Source of the DNA: the human T2T-CHM13v2.0 reference genome, Homo sapiens
Direction: 5' to 3' (one strand)
NCBI RefSeq assembly: GCF_009914755.1
Contig: NC_060930.1
Length of the DNA stretch: 64,000 nt
Both the position numbers and the translations under genes were made by a program. Numbering within the stretch: the stretch's first letter is position 1; every line of letters begins with the position of its first letter. Below, in pieces: positions 28,707-41,463 of the stretch. The notes below the pieces were generated by a model, which saw nothing but the letters and a program-made list of their open reading frames with translations, did not search any database and was not told the origin of the DNA.

Positions 28707-29156
28707 GAAGCAAAGTCATGCTCTGTCGCCCAGGCTGGAGTGCAATGGCGTGATCTTGGCTTACTGCAACCTCCGCCTCCCAGGTTCAAGCAGTTCTGCC
28801 TCACCCTCCTGAGTAGCTGGGATTACAGGTGTGAGCCATCACGCCGGGCTAATTTTTGTAGTTTCAGTAGAGCTGAGGTTTCATTATGTTGGCCAGGCTG
28901 ATCTCGAAATTCTGACCTCGTGACCCGCCTGCCTCGGCCTCCCAAAGGCAAGCAAGTCCCTTTGGAAGTAAAGAATCTTTATGCTAATCTTTATCCTAAA
29001 GTGCCGGGATTATAGGCGTTAGCCGCCGCGCCTGGTCTAAATTACATCTTATTTACATCTGCAGAGACCCTGTTTACAAACAAGGTCACATTCATAGGTA
29101 CCCAGAGGTTAGGACTTCAACATATTTTTTGGGGAGACACAATTCAGGCCACTACA
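28285..29156. mobile_element. MLT1 LTR interrupted by two antisense Alus (~28345-28580 and ~28681-29036)
   Basis: MLT1 motifs (gtggcttaaaacaacagagg, aaggtcacattcataggtac, gttaggacttcaacatat) flank Alu consensus sequence. Confidence 0.8.
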
Positions 29157-30136
29157 CTGCCTTGTAACCAGGGCAACAGAATGATAGTTTTAAGACTGAA
29201 GTTGGATATTTTCATTTCTCTGCTCAAAACCTTTCACGAGGTGAACTCGGAGCACTCGAAGACTCCAGTGACCTTCGGGCTCTGTTACCTCTTAGAGCTC
29301 CTGCCTGTCCTCGAGCTGGGCAGTGCTGGCCTCCCAGCCGCATTAGCTCCCTCTCTCAGCCGTTGAGTGTTTCACGGTGAGGCTTGTCTGCTTGCCCAGG
29401 GTGAGCGTCTGTTTCTCTAGCTCCTGATGCACCGCTCTCTAAGTCCCTGTGGAATGAATGAGTGAGGCCCCCTCAGCGAGACCCTTCTGAAGCCAGTGAG
29501 GCAGTGATGACTGAGGGTGCTGGGGGCAGGAAGTCATGGGTGAGCCTCTTAGCTGTGCACAGCGGCACCTGGGAAGGCCTTGGGAAGGAGATGGCATCTG
29601 GATTCCTTTCTTGCTTTTCTTTTCCTTGTTTCCTTTTTTCTTTTTTTCTTTCCTGGAGGGTCCTGGCAGTGGACCTTTGAGCAGGCGGCAGCGGAAGAGG
29701 CCTGGGGGACCAGGGGTGATGGGTGGGGCTGTGTGCTCTGTGCCACCTCACATTCTCTCTTTATCCCAAGGCATAGTGGGCAGGGCTTTGGGCACTGGTC
29801 AGATCTGGTGTCGCTGCCTTGTGCCACTTTGTGCAGTGCTGGTTTGGGCTGGTAAGTTTGGAAGAAGTAGGCTCCTCCTGTGGGTGGTTTTGGTCACCCG
29901 ACCCCATGGTGGTCACAGCTCCCAGTGAGGTATATTTTCTCATCTGGAAAGTGCCCCTCCAGCAAAGCCAGGCAGGAAAAGGAACAGGGGATTGATTGAG
30001 TTACCTGACTTGTCAGAAGTCCAGTCCCTCTCACTGGCCACAGTGTGCCTGGATGTTCTCTCCAGGGGCAGAGGGCCGAGCCAGCTGGGGAAAAGAGGTG
30101 TAGGCATTAGCTTAAGGCAGGAAGCCCAAGGTTCCT

Positions 30137-30207
30137 GTGACCCATGGGCCGGCCCTCCATCTACTGTCCACCCGTGACCCGTGGGCCAGCCCTCCATCTA
30201 CCGTCCA
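30137..30207. repeat. Two-copy 37-bp tandem duplication
   Basis: gtgacccatgggccggccctccatctactgtcca and gtgacccgtgggccagccctccatctaccgtcca. Confidence 0.9.
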
Positions 30208-31227
30208 TGCAGGTAGACTCTGTGGAGCTCTTGTACCTTGGTGGCAGGGCTGAGCAGTTGTAATAGAGACTTTGTAATCCATAAAGCCTGAACTAGTTAC
30301 TATCTGGTCCCTCTCAGGAATTTTGCCAGCCCACACGTGGAGAATGGCACCAGACGGTCTGTGAGGTCTCTTCCCTCCAGCTTCCCTAAACTCCCACATG
30401 TGAGACTGTAGAGAACAGACACCATGCAACCTGGAGCTGGCTGACCTTGGGTTGAGCAGGGATTTTTGGTGCCCAGAGAGGCTGCAGGACTAGTGACACT
30501 GAGTCCTACCAGCTTGAGGGAAGCTGGCCTGGGACCTGGGCCCGTGCCTGCTCAGGGATTCTTGGACCCCCCGCCCGGCTTCTAGGAGTGGAAGGTGGTG
30601 CTTCAGCTGCAGCAGAACTCCCTGGGCATCTGCTGGGAGACCACAGTCCTAGTGTGATGTCGGAAATAATGAACTATTAAGGGTGACGCGATGGGGCTTT
30701 ACATTTTACTTTTGGTAGAAAAAGGCCACCCTGGGTAAGGTAGATTTTCTTTTTTCTAGAAGGTTTAACTGTACATACTATTACCATGCAGCTAAATGTT
30801 GAACTTGAGGAATCTGTAAACAGCAGGCTCATTAAGATATTTTTGTATCGTTTTTAGTGAAGAAGCATACAGTAAATGCTTTCATTCTTCTCCTGTGTTT
30901 TTTGATCTCCTGCCTTTTACTGTCTTTTGTGGAAGTGGCTTTGAACCTTTAGGAGATGAGCAGCGCCTGTGGTCTGTGCCCTGCCATACTGTCTGGCACA
31001 CAGTAGCTGTTCAGTTAACTTGTCCCCACCAGGACAGTTGGGGTGGCAGGGGAACCAAACCCCAAAGTCTCTGTACCTCTAAAAACCTTGCCACTTTCCA
31101 AGATTCTCAGACCTCTGTAGCCAGGCTGCTTCTCCTAGAAATCTGCTATTTTGATAAAAGCAATTTTGGCCATATTACCAATAAGTGGTTTTTTTTTTTT
31201 TTCCCTTTGGAAGCTAGACCTTCTTAC

Positions 31228-31355
31228 TTTATTTTTTTATTATTATTTTTAATAAAAATGTAGAGACAGGGTCTTACTTCATTGTCCAGGCTGGTCTCAA
31301 ACTCCTGGTCTCAAGCAGTCCTCCCTCCACAGGCTCCCAAAGTGCTGGGATTGTG
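31228..31355 (-). mobile_element. Alu monomer (FLAM-like)
   Basis: gtagagacagggtct...cccaaagtgctgggatt. Confidence 0.8.
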
Positions 31356-32081
31356 GGACTAGCTAGACATTGTTAATGGTGAGAGATTACTCCCAAAGTA
31401 GTTGGGAGCAGTTACTCCCACATCGCCGGAGGGCCCATTTGTTGATCTGAGCATCATTTGTACTGCTTGTTTCACCTTACTGCTTCTTGTCTGAAATGAG
31501 GTTGGCCAAGCATGTTCAGAAGTTATTTTCCCTATTTAGATGCTGGTGCTGGTGCCCTTTGTATCAAAGTCACAAGGCACTCGCTGACCCTGAGGAGCCC
31601 ACAGGGGCTGGAGCAGCATGCTCCCTCACAGGCTGAGATGAGGAGATTAGGCATTCTGCCTCTGAGCCAGCTGCTGTGGGGCACGAGGCACCAGTGCACA
31701 GGTGCCCCGACTGTGAGTCACTTTCTTCTTGCTGTAGCCTTAATGATCTTGTTTGCTTCCCTTTTGGTTGTGGTGTTGCCCTTCAGCATGCTTTGGAGTT
31801 TGAGACACTAAAACGAGCCTTTCGTGTGAAACTGGTCCTAGAACTTAGTAGCACTGTGGTTCCAGCTTCATCTTTCCCAACTCCGCTGACCTCGTATGCG
31901 ACATGGGGTCCACCTACTTGGTTGTTGACGGACGCCACCCCTCTTTCCCTCGGCACCTGTGCCTGTCCTCTCTGAACCTGCCACTGCCATCGTTGTGAAG
32001 AATCAGAAGCCCGGAAGCCAGAAGTGTGGCTGGCCTGCGGGGGGTGGAGAAGCTGCAGTGTGCCCTTTGCTTTTCTTTTAG

Positions 32082-32157
32082 GACTCCATCCCCGTGTCTA
32101 CCTCCCTCCTTGGAGACACTTCCGACACGACCTCTACTGGCCTTGCCCAGCGCCTAG
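32082..32157 (+). CDS. PSMG4: PSMG4 coding exon 2
   Basis: Acceptor ttttcttttag|GAC; DSIPVSTSLLGDTSDTTSTGLAQRL; donor CTAG|gtatgt, phase 1. Confidence 0.97.
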
Positions 32158-32603
32158 GTATGTACCCACAGCTGGCGCTGCATGGCCAGCCAGGTGGGGC
32201 CCACTCTTTAATGGAACCATGAAGCAAGTCCCTTCGGAAGTAAAGCATCTTTATGCTAAGAACCGTCACCTCATTGCTGCTGGGAAGCACAGACCTTTGC
32301 ACGTTGGGTCTTATTTAAGGGGCACATTCCATGCTCGCCTGTCATCACCACCGTCCCAGGGCTGGCCTGTTCCCAAAGGACTCCCACCTCGTCCTTGGGT
32401 GTGTCCTTGAGTCCATGAGCTGATTTAGTTGCCTTCCGTAAGTGCATCACCTCCTGGGAGGAGAGCATGAGAAGTGCCCACAGCCCCTGTGGGTGGTGGC
32501 TCAAGGTAGCCTCCCGGGCCTTAGGAGGAGTCAGTGCAGCTGGTGGAGCAGGTGTCACCTCTGTGCAGGAAGGACTGTCCTCACTCAGTGTGATACCGTT
32601 CAG

Positions 32604-32720
32604 GGCTCGGAGGGAAGACTGGCCTGGCCTGTGAGTGTGGCGTAGAGCGGGGATTAAGCAAACGTCATGAGGCTGAATGCTCCACTTCTCCCACACCCCA
32701 ACACACTTCCTGTGGGCCAG
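32604..32720 (+). CDS. PSMG4: PSMG4 alternative in-frame cassette exon (+39 aa, 162-aa product)
   Basis: gttcag| acceptor and strong CAG|gtaagg donor; 117 nt, phase 1-1, open frame GLGGKTGLACECGVERGLSKRHEAECSTSPTPQHTSCGP. Confidence 0.7.
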
Positions 32721-35230
32721 GTAAGGCTTCCATGTGCTCTGCAACCCCCAGCCCCAGTGCCTGTGGCCAGTGTGCACAGGATGCCTGTCTCCTGCCCAGG
32801 CCTGGCGTTCTCCAGTAGGCCCAGCTGCTTCCGCTCTGGAGTCTTCTCTGTGTCTCAGGCACAGGACCTGGTACCTGACAAGCAGGAACCTCTGTGTCAG
32901 TCACACTGAGGCAAATGCACACGAATAGCATGGCACGTGGCCCAGGGGGAAGGCAGGGCAGGGTGGAGTGTCACCAGCAGGCCCATGACAGTATGTGGAT
33001 AGGACAGGTCAGGGAGGGCACAGGTCAGCATTTCAGGAACTCGCAGTATTCTTTTTCCCTCCCTTGGAGGTGGGGACCTGACTTGTAAGTTAATTTGGTA
33101 ATTTTTAACTAGGAAGTAAATTTAAAATTTACAGAAAAGTTGCAAAGAAGATAGAATTTCTGCTTAGCTTTTGCCCCAATTTCCCACTTGCCACCCTTCC
33201 CTCTTTGTGTTTGTATCTTTTTTTTTCTGAGCCACATGAAAGTAAAGCCGCCTTTTGTGTCTGTGTCACTCTGTGTGTGTGACTGTGTAAGGGGTAGCAC
33301 ACTTACATGGAACAGGTTACTGCGTGTGGGAGAAGGCTCAGGAAGGTATTCATATTTATACAGACGGAAAGCTGGGTGGGGTTGCGGACACACTCCCATA
33401 GAGAAGGTGGTGTGAGCTTGTCTGGCAGGCCGTGAATAACTTTCATATCAATAAGGTAAATTAGTCTCCAGAATATTTGCGAGATGGAGGCCTAGTATCT
33501 ATATGCAAAAAAGAGGGGTTCCCAGTATCTCGACTGTCTCGACAAGTCACGGGTGTGCCGTGGCTTCCAGCGTCTCTTAAAGGACTGGTGCTGCAGATCT
33601 CGGACCAAGAAGGTTTTCCAGCAAAGTCCCATGCTTTGCCAGTTGCCTTGAGCCTGGGTCTGGGCCCTCAAGTTGAATATTAATGCACTATAATGAAAAG
33701 GGAGAGGTGTCCTGAATCAGTATCTTATATGAGAGATGAAAGCAGGTAGGGAAAGAGAAGGCCTGGGGGGTTCTCAGTAGCTCTGGAAGCATCGCAGGAG
33801 TTGGTGTGGCCAAGGGGACCCAACCTCCTATGGCCCTGGAGGGGCACAGCTTGGGTCTGAGGGGCTCAGTGCCTCCAGACACAGCGTTGTTCCTCAGAAA
33901 TCCTGTCTCTGCAGTTAGAACAGTTGGAATACCAGGGGGGCCCCCTTGGGGTAAAGGGGGATGTTCCTGCCCCTGGGATATAGGGCAGGGTGTGACTTAC
34001 AGGCTCCTCCTAGGCAGCCTTGGTGAGCCCCAGCTTCTTACCACACTGCCTGCTTTAGATCACCCTCTACATGAGTGGTCCCAGCCTGCCTAACACAGCT
34101 AGGAAAGGATGAGGTTGGTCCCTAATGGTGGGGGAAGCCTAAGAGGCTTCCTCACTCCCCGCAGGGCTGAGCAGATAACTGGGCACAACTCTCCGCCTCA
34201 GGGGCACACTGCACCCAGCACACTGGTGGGAGGCTCTGTGCTAAGTACTGTAAGCTGTTCTTTAAACACCAGCTCTTGGAATAACCGAACAGCTGCCTTT
34301 GTCCAGACACATTCCTTTTTTTTTTTTAATAAAAAAACAGCTTTACCGAGACGTAAACACATGTCATACAATTCAGCAGCTGTCCTCAGGCAGAGGCTGT
34401 GCTTGCCGCCGCCTTGCTTTTCCATAGGTGCGTTGGCTGCCTTGTAAGGACAGTCAGTGAGTTAATACCCAAGACCTTTCCAGCCCTAAAAATCACGCAG
34501 CCTTGTACAGCGGAAAAACAGGCTTTTGGGGTCCTGGGCTCTCCCTTTCCTCAATTTCCAAACAAAGCTGGGAGAGGTTTCCAGGCCACGGTGGGGACTG
34601 GGCCTGCTCCTGCACCTGTGCCCCTGAGCCACACTGCCTCTCAGGGTTCTTGGTGGGACCATAGCTCAGATGGCAGCAACTGAAAGGACAGAACTGCTGC
34701 CCAGATGAGATCCCATGATGTGTGTTCTAAATCGGCCTTTAGTAATGGTGCAGGTGGCCTGGTGCCCTCAGCCTCACCGCACCACCCTTTTGCCTTTTGG
34801 TGATGAGGCTAAGTACATGCTTGCCATATGTTGAGGTGGGGGCGGGTCAGTGCCTCTCCAGGGGTGAGTAGTTCTGCACTGGCCCTGCGTATGGGTGAGG
34901 CTAAAGGAGGAGGCCGCACAGTGGGGCAGGCAACATCCAACTGCTTTAGCCTTTTTGCCCACGTATTTTCAGGATATTGGCTTTCAGATTGCAGGTATAT
35001 GACTCTGCTTGATTTTTGCAGTTGGCCCGATGTGCACCTCAGCCATTTTCTATTGATTCTGTAGAAAGGGACTCAAACTTACATTCAGTAGAAAATTACG
35101 TGTGTGTCCATATGCCTATCTGTGCGCACACACACACACACAAATATATTTGTGTGTATACACATATATGCAAATGCATGGAAATGTAGGAGGGAGGGAA
35201 GTGGAACTGGTTGGGGTGGGGTGGTGCTGA

Positions 35231-35558
<328 letters not shown>

Positions 35559-35993
35559 ATTTTTTGTGTTTAAATTTTTTTTTTTTTTTTAAATCAAAAC
35601 ACCAGAAACCCCTCTGTGTAGGGCAGAGGTTCTTAAGCAGTGCGGGGCACCTGCAGGATCTGTTCCAGCAGACAGCTGGCCCCAAATCCTGGCTTTCTGG
35701 GTCAAGAGGGCTGGGTGGGGCCCAGGAGCTGCCTCTCGAACAAGTTCCAGGGAGGCTGCTGAGGTGGGGCCTGCCCTTCAGAAGCCCGGGTCTGGTGGAG
35801 AGACTGGGAGAGGCCTGAGTGACTCGTCTGCATTTGCAGCACCTGTCTGAAGAGAGGCATGGAGATTAGAGCTTTCTTCTCTCCCTACAACCCCATCCTC
35901 TTTCTGAGCATTTCCCAGCTGCACGTGGCTGTGAGGAACACGGGGCCTGCAGTATTTCAGGAGTGGCTGTATCAATGTGTTTTCTCTTTTTAG

Positions 35994-36115
35994 CCAGGAA
36001 GACCAACAAACAGGTGTTTGTCAGCTATAACCTTCAGAACACAGACAGTAACTTCGCATTACTTGTAGAAAACAGGATCAAGGAAGAGATGGAGGCTTTC
36101 CCCGAAAAGTTCTAG
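35994..36115 (+). CDS. PSMG4: PSMG4 final coding exon
   Basis: Acceptor ttttctctttttag|; (A)RKTNKQVFVSYNLQNTDSNFALLVENRIKEEMEAFPEKF*; the three exons give 123 aa. Confidence 0.97.
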
Positions 36116-36164
36116 CTGAGTGGCAGAAGTGAGAATTTGTAAACTTATGTACAATGTACGTGTA

Positions 36165-36436
36165 AATAAATGGATTGAATTTCAGTTTGTCATCAGGCCG
36201 CGCTCCCGTTTTGTTTTTAAGGGGTTAATCTTTTGAGCTTCCTTCTCAGCAGTGTGTGGGCCAAAAGGCTCATACTGACCCACCTGGTGAAGGAGAGGCA
36301 AAGTGGGCAGTATATACTTCCTCATTTGGCTGTGAGTGATAGAGGGATGAAATGGGATTTTTGTTGGGATTGAAGACTGTAATCTAAGAGTTTCAATCAG
36401 ACATGACTGTAACGTGCATCCTCAATTAGAATTAAA
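36165..36436 (+). terminator. PSMG4: PSMG4 polyadenylation signals (AATAAA 36165-36170; ATTAAA 36431-36436)
   Basis: Hexamers with upstream TGTA elements and downstream T/GT-rich sequence. Confidence 0.75.
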
Positions 36437-37369
36437 GTGATATATAAATATGCTTTAGATTTGTGTGTGCATTCCTCAGAATTCTGCCTTGTGAATTGAT
36501 GCATTTATCTCCTCATTGCAGTGAAACCCCAGGGCACGTCTCTTCTTGCTGTGTTCTCCCTAAACCCCTCCTCTGGGCACTCCTTTTTTGCTGTGTTCTC
36601 TCTTGGGCCTACATTTGAGCACCTCTCTACACTGCCCCATTACTGCATTTGTGGTCTTGTGAAGTCTGACTTCTCTAGGCTTTGTCTCCTCATCTATAAA
36701 GTTGGAGTAATCCCCACCTTGGTGGGTTCTTTTTAGGATTAAGCAGGTAGGTAGAAATGCTTTGCAAACTATAAGTGCCGTGGCACTTAGATGTCAATTA
36801 TAGTTTGATCTCCTTCCTTTTTATGGATTCAGAGGCTTCAGGTCCTTCTTTCTCTTCCTGTTATTTCATCGTCTTCCCTTCTCCCCTGTCTTCTATCCCA
36901 AATCCAGAGTACCTCAGGTACCTGCTTTGGTCATTTGTACTCTTTAGGGTTTAATCTTTAATCCTACCACTTGGAGTGGGTTCCAGTCTTGGGCCTTCTC
37001 CAGAGGTTCAGATGGTCTGGGGCCCAGGCTTTGGCAGGATTGAAAGCTCCCCTGGTGCCTCCGTGCAGGCAAGGTTGAGGACCACTGGCAAAGAACTTTC
37101 TAATCTTTGGGGTCCGTCTGAACCCTTTTTGTTCATCCAGAGGCAAAAGTCTTGCACTGAGCCAGCAGCAGGCAAGTGAAGGTAGTGACCCTGGCCAGGA
37201 TGGAAAGGCACGTCGGAGGAGTGAGTCTGTAGTTCCGGGTGCTTCCCTCCTTTGCAGACTTCCCGTGCTAACCTCGAGGCCCCGGCCAGCCTCGTCGCAG
37301 CTTGCAAAGCTGAGTAGACACCTCTCTAGAAATATAATAGCGAGTGACACAAAATCAGGGCTATGGAGA

Positions 37370-40300
37370 GAAGAGTTTGGTATAAATACTTTATTAAAGA
37401 AATATTGTCATTTTCGTTAAAAAATACATTAGAGAAGAGAGTTTTGGGTTACCAGTCTTTCCTCACAGAATCACAGTGTAAGATATTCATTTCTTGACGT
37501 CTCTAGGAACCTTCAGGCCACGGATCAGCAGAACATACACGAACAAGGGAAAAAAATTCCTCTTAATTTTACTGATGGCCCCCCGTCTCTCAGGTGGTCT
37601 GAGAGTGGCACTTGGTAAACAGTGTGTGTTTAATCCAGCCTCTGCCTCTGACTACCTTTAAGACCAGGACTCGAAGCAGAGTGAGAGGCCTCCCTCCACC
37701 CACCTCGGGGCGAGTGAAGACACAGCTTACAGAGGCGTTCAAAGTAGTGACGCAGTGAGGTCTGAATGAACACGGAGGATTTTATTACTCACCATTAATG
37801 GTAGTGAAATGCCCTTCGGTGGATACCATCAGGTGAGGTAGGGAAGACATTCCAGAGGAAATCTGTTAATGGGGCAACGTTTTTATTTCTGTACATTTAC
37901 ATACAAATTTTCCCCAAAGGTACAACAGATGCGACACCATGCAGACACGCAGCTGTGAACGACAGTTCAGAACTCAGCGTAAGCTTGTGCTATGAACGAG
38001 CACCGTCAGAGAATTCCCACCCACACGTACAGAAACACAGTTTTTATATTACAACCTCAAGGACAGAGGGAGGGAAGTGTTCGCCGCTAGACATGACACA
38101 CCATACTGCTTTTCCAAAACACACGGGACATGAAAGCGAGGTGGTGCCTTCTAGACGAGAGGACAGCTGTAGTGTGGGCCTCCCCCGCACATGCGATACC
38201 TCGGGCCGGGCGGTGTGACGTCACAGGCCCACTTACGGCACTTGCAGTTTGGGATTGCTCATTTGGCTCTAGGAAGTGGTGGTGTCTGAGTGCGATACTT
38301 CCCTTACGAGGTTTGTTTTTGTTTTCTTTCTGTTCTGTAGCCAAACCAATTTACCAGCCCGTCTTCCAGATGCAGGTGATCTTACTCTCAGTAAACAAAA
38401 ACATGTAACCTTTTTCCTGTTTCTCTTGGGTGGTAATAATTTTAGGGCATTTGATAAGAGTTTGACTTCAGAAAAAGAACAAAGTGAAGAAATGTTCAGC
38501 TCCATCTCAGGTGTTCACATTTGTGCATAACTTTTATTGAAAGGCTGACAGGGTAGGCTAGCGGAACGGAGGGGTGTGTGGAGGAGAGTAGCAGGGGGTG
38601 GGAGGGTCAAGTTGAAACAGTGGGTGCCTGCGAAGGGTCTCCCTATTAGCCAGGAAGGGAACAGCACAGAGGGGTTCAAGCCTGACAGACGGTGCTGGGA
38701 AGTGGGCAGCCGTAGCAGCCTCCCCTGCTGAGCCCGGCGGGCCCAGATGCGTATCAGGCTTGGGTGGGTCCTGCCACCTTGCTCACTTGGTACCGGATTT
38801 CCCGGGGCTGTGCCCACAGGGAAGTGTTGCTGCTCTGGCAACATTTCATAAAGGTGTTGCTCAACAGCTTCAGGTATCCCTAGGCTGAAGCTGCCACCAA
38901 ACAGGCACCCGGCCTCCTCCTCCTCAGGCTGCCCTGGGAGGAGAGCTGTGGGACCGCCTCGCCGGCTGAGAGCCATTACCTGCCGACCGTCGGCAAGTCA
39001 GCCTCACACCCACTGGACTCTGCTCCCAAGAGCCCAGGCTGTTTTCCTCAAAGCTAGCCTCTTTTCCAGTCATCGATGGATTAGTCCTGATGGCTGAAGT
39101 GCTGAGCAGTGTCTTCGTTGGACCAGTTTTTTATTGTCATTTGAGGTGGAGATCAGAGATCATGACCAGAAGAGTGTGAGTGCTGTCCCTTGCCACCAAC
39201 TTCCTAGAGATTTCGGGCAGCACTCTACAGCTTCAATTTCCAAAAAAAAAAAAAAGTTTACACGACCAGTGAGACTGCTCGCAACTTTCATCACTTAGCA
39301 TATCCTTCCACAACACAGTACAGTAAGTGGACTGCAGGGTGGCCTGGTGCTGAGGGTGATGGGTGCAGACGTACACCTGTCCAGGTGCAGGCTCAGGGGC
39401 CTCGCTGGATCCTTCCCACCTTCCCCAACTGCCTACTGGCCTGGCTACTGGATAGGTCCTATTCTGTACATAATGGGGGTTTGTTGACAGGTGGCTTTAT
39501 AGCAAGTACTCCAAAAAAGGTAAAAGGAATTTCACAAGTTTGGCACGCAAAGGCTGCACAGATCTAAAGAAAGGCCTTTGTAAAGGTGAATGCAAACTAA
39601 TGTTGAAACATGGAAATGTGACTTTAAAAAAGAGGGAAGGTGAGGATGAGCTGGACGTGGAGCAAGTGGAGGCAGGGAGAGGCTGGCCAGACAGCCTCCC
39701 TTCCTGGGTATCTCAAGATCCCAGGTGTCGGCGTGGTCCAGCCACTGGAAACACGTGGCCAAGAGTCTGCTTGCCCCTTGCTGTGTCTTTACACATCTCC
39801 AGGCCCTTACTGATGTGTGGACCGCATGTGGAGGAGACATGAGTGGCGACAGCAAGCAGCAGGCCGGGTGGAAAGCCAGAAGGGGAGAAGGTCAACCCCT
39901 TTTCTGCCCTGTGAATTCTAGCAACTGTCGGTTGGAAGTCACTTCATTGTCTCACCCAGGCCGGAGACCACAATTTCCCTGGAAGGACACAGCCCATGGC
40001 AAAGACATGCTTCGAGAAGGGATGAGTTGGACAATGCCAGTAAGAAGCCAGGCTGTCCAGAAAAGCTGGTGCCCAAGTTGCTACAAAGTGGTGCCTGCCC
40101 TTGCCAAGGAGGCTGTCTCTTAGTCGCCTTGGGTGTCCTACAAGTTTCCTCCGAAAATGCCAAGAGGAAACCTCCACTTTCTGGGGTGAAACGAGGAACA
40201 CGAAGAGACCCATGGAGGTCGAGGCAGGGGCAGCGTTGAGCTTTGGTGAGTTATTGCTTTCTTTCAATTTGTCTTGATGCCTTCGAGAGGCTGGAGGTCA

Positions 40301-41463
40301 TTTGGACTCACCTATGAGGAATCTCCGCTCCCTGCCCGAAGCCCCACCTCTGTGCTATGCGAGTGACTGCAAGCAGGAAGCTGGCCCAGGAAGGCAGGCG
40401 TGAGGGGGCCCAGCTCCTGCGGGTGCTCCCTGGAGTGATGTCTGAGGTGACGGCCATCCAAGCTGGTGATCTTCATGGTGTGTGCTCAAGGTGTGGGTGA
40501 CGGGCGTGTGTGTGTGGAGGGCAGCCCCCCTTCTGTGGATTTGCCTCTGCCATCTTTTTGAGTTATTTTCTAATGGTTTGTAGCTTAGAAAGTAGCCATG
40601 TTTTCAAGTAGTGCCGGCACAAGAGCTGCCTGTGCACGAGGGACTTTTCTGCTGGAGCCAATCTGGGAGAGGAGGAATAAAAACGAGCACATCTCAGGTC
40701 TCGACGCATCTGTTAGCTGTGTACTCACAAAGCTGTGGCGATATGACTGCTGCTCAATTAAGATTTCTGGTGAAATGTTTAAGCTTTTTCTCCAAGAGCT
40801 TCCAGCATCAAGTACAAAAGGATGATCCTGAAGGAAAGATGAAGCTGGTTTTAACGGCGTCTGTGAGCTGCTTTCCCTGCACACGAACAGAAGCTCTTAC
40901 CTTACAAACAGAAAGGGAAAAAGGACCTTAAAAAACCATACACAGACTCTAGCAAAAGCCAAATTCATGTACATTTCACTCCGTCTAAAATGCAGTCCCG
41001 GAAACGCTCCACGGTCCTCTCCTGCCTCTGCACGCAGGCAGGCAGCCTGGGGGGCTCCTGGGTGCTGCCAGGAGCCGTGTCCCATCTCCCCAGAGGGACC
41101 GGCCATGGCCCTGGTCACTGTGGCATCTTCCCAGAGCAACTGCGTCTCGCTGCCCAGGGAGGTGATTCCATTTGTGATCAGTGAGAGGGAGAGGGAATAA
41201 AGTGCTTCTCGTAAAAATGACCAAAATAAATACACACATTTAACGGCAGAAAAGAAAGTCTTGAAAGGGTTATTTCCAAAGAGTTTGTCTCCTCCGACCC
41301 GCGCTCCTTGGACTTTTGGAAAGACAGGATTTCCCCACACCAGTTGAGAGGCTCAGCTTGGCTGAGGCAGCTTTCCCACCCCTGGCTGCGTGTTCGGTCC
41401 CTGGTCTGTAAACCTGTGCCCAAGCTGCCCCAGACCCTGGAGCCCCGGGTTCCGCAGGCCGGG
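37370..41463 (-). other. SLC22A23: SLC22A23 3'UTR (~4.1 kb) with tandem poly(A) signals
   Basis: Minus-strand AATAAA (plus-strand tttatt) at 37390-37395, 37882-37887 (preceded by several TGTA), 38533-38538 and 39130-39135; follows the stop codon; no Alu seen. Confidence 0.75.

Noticed and set aside
33285-33745. Compositionally distinct block inside an old L1 fragment, possibly an LTR
   Set aside because: Could not assign a family, termini or TSD by eye; needs RepeatMasker
38515-38976. 153-aa ATG-initiated ORF in the SLC22A23 3'UTR
   Set aside because: No recognisable domain; it runs through a poly(A) hexamer; such lengths occur by chance in GC-rich UTRs, and ribosome profiling would be needed
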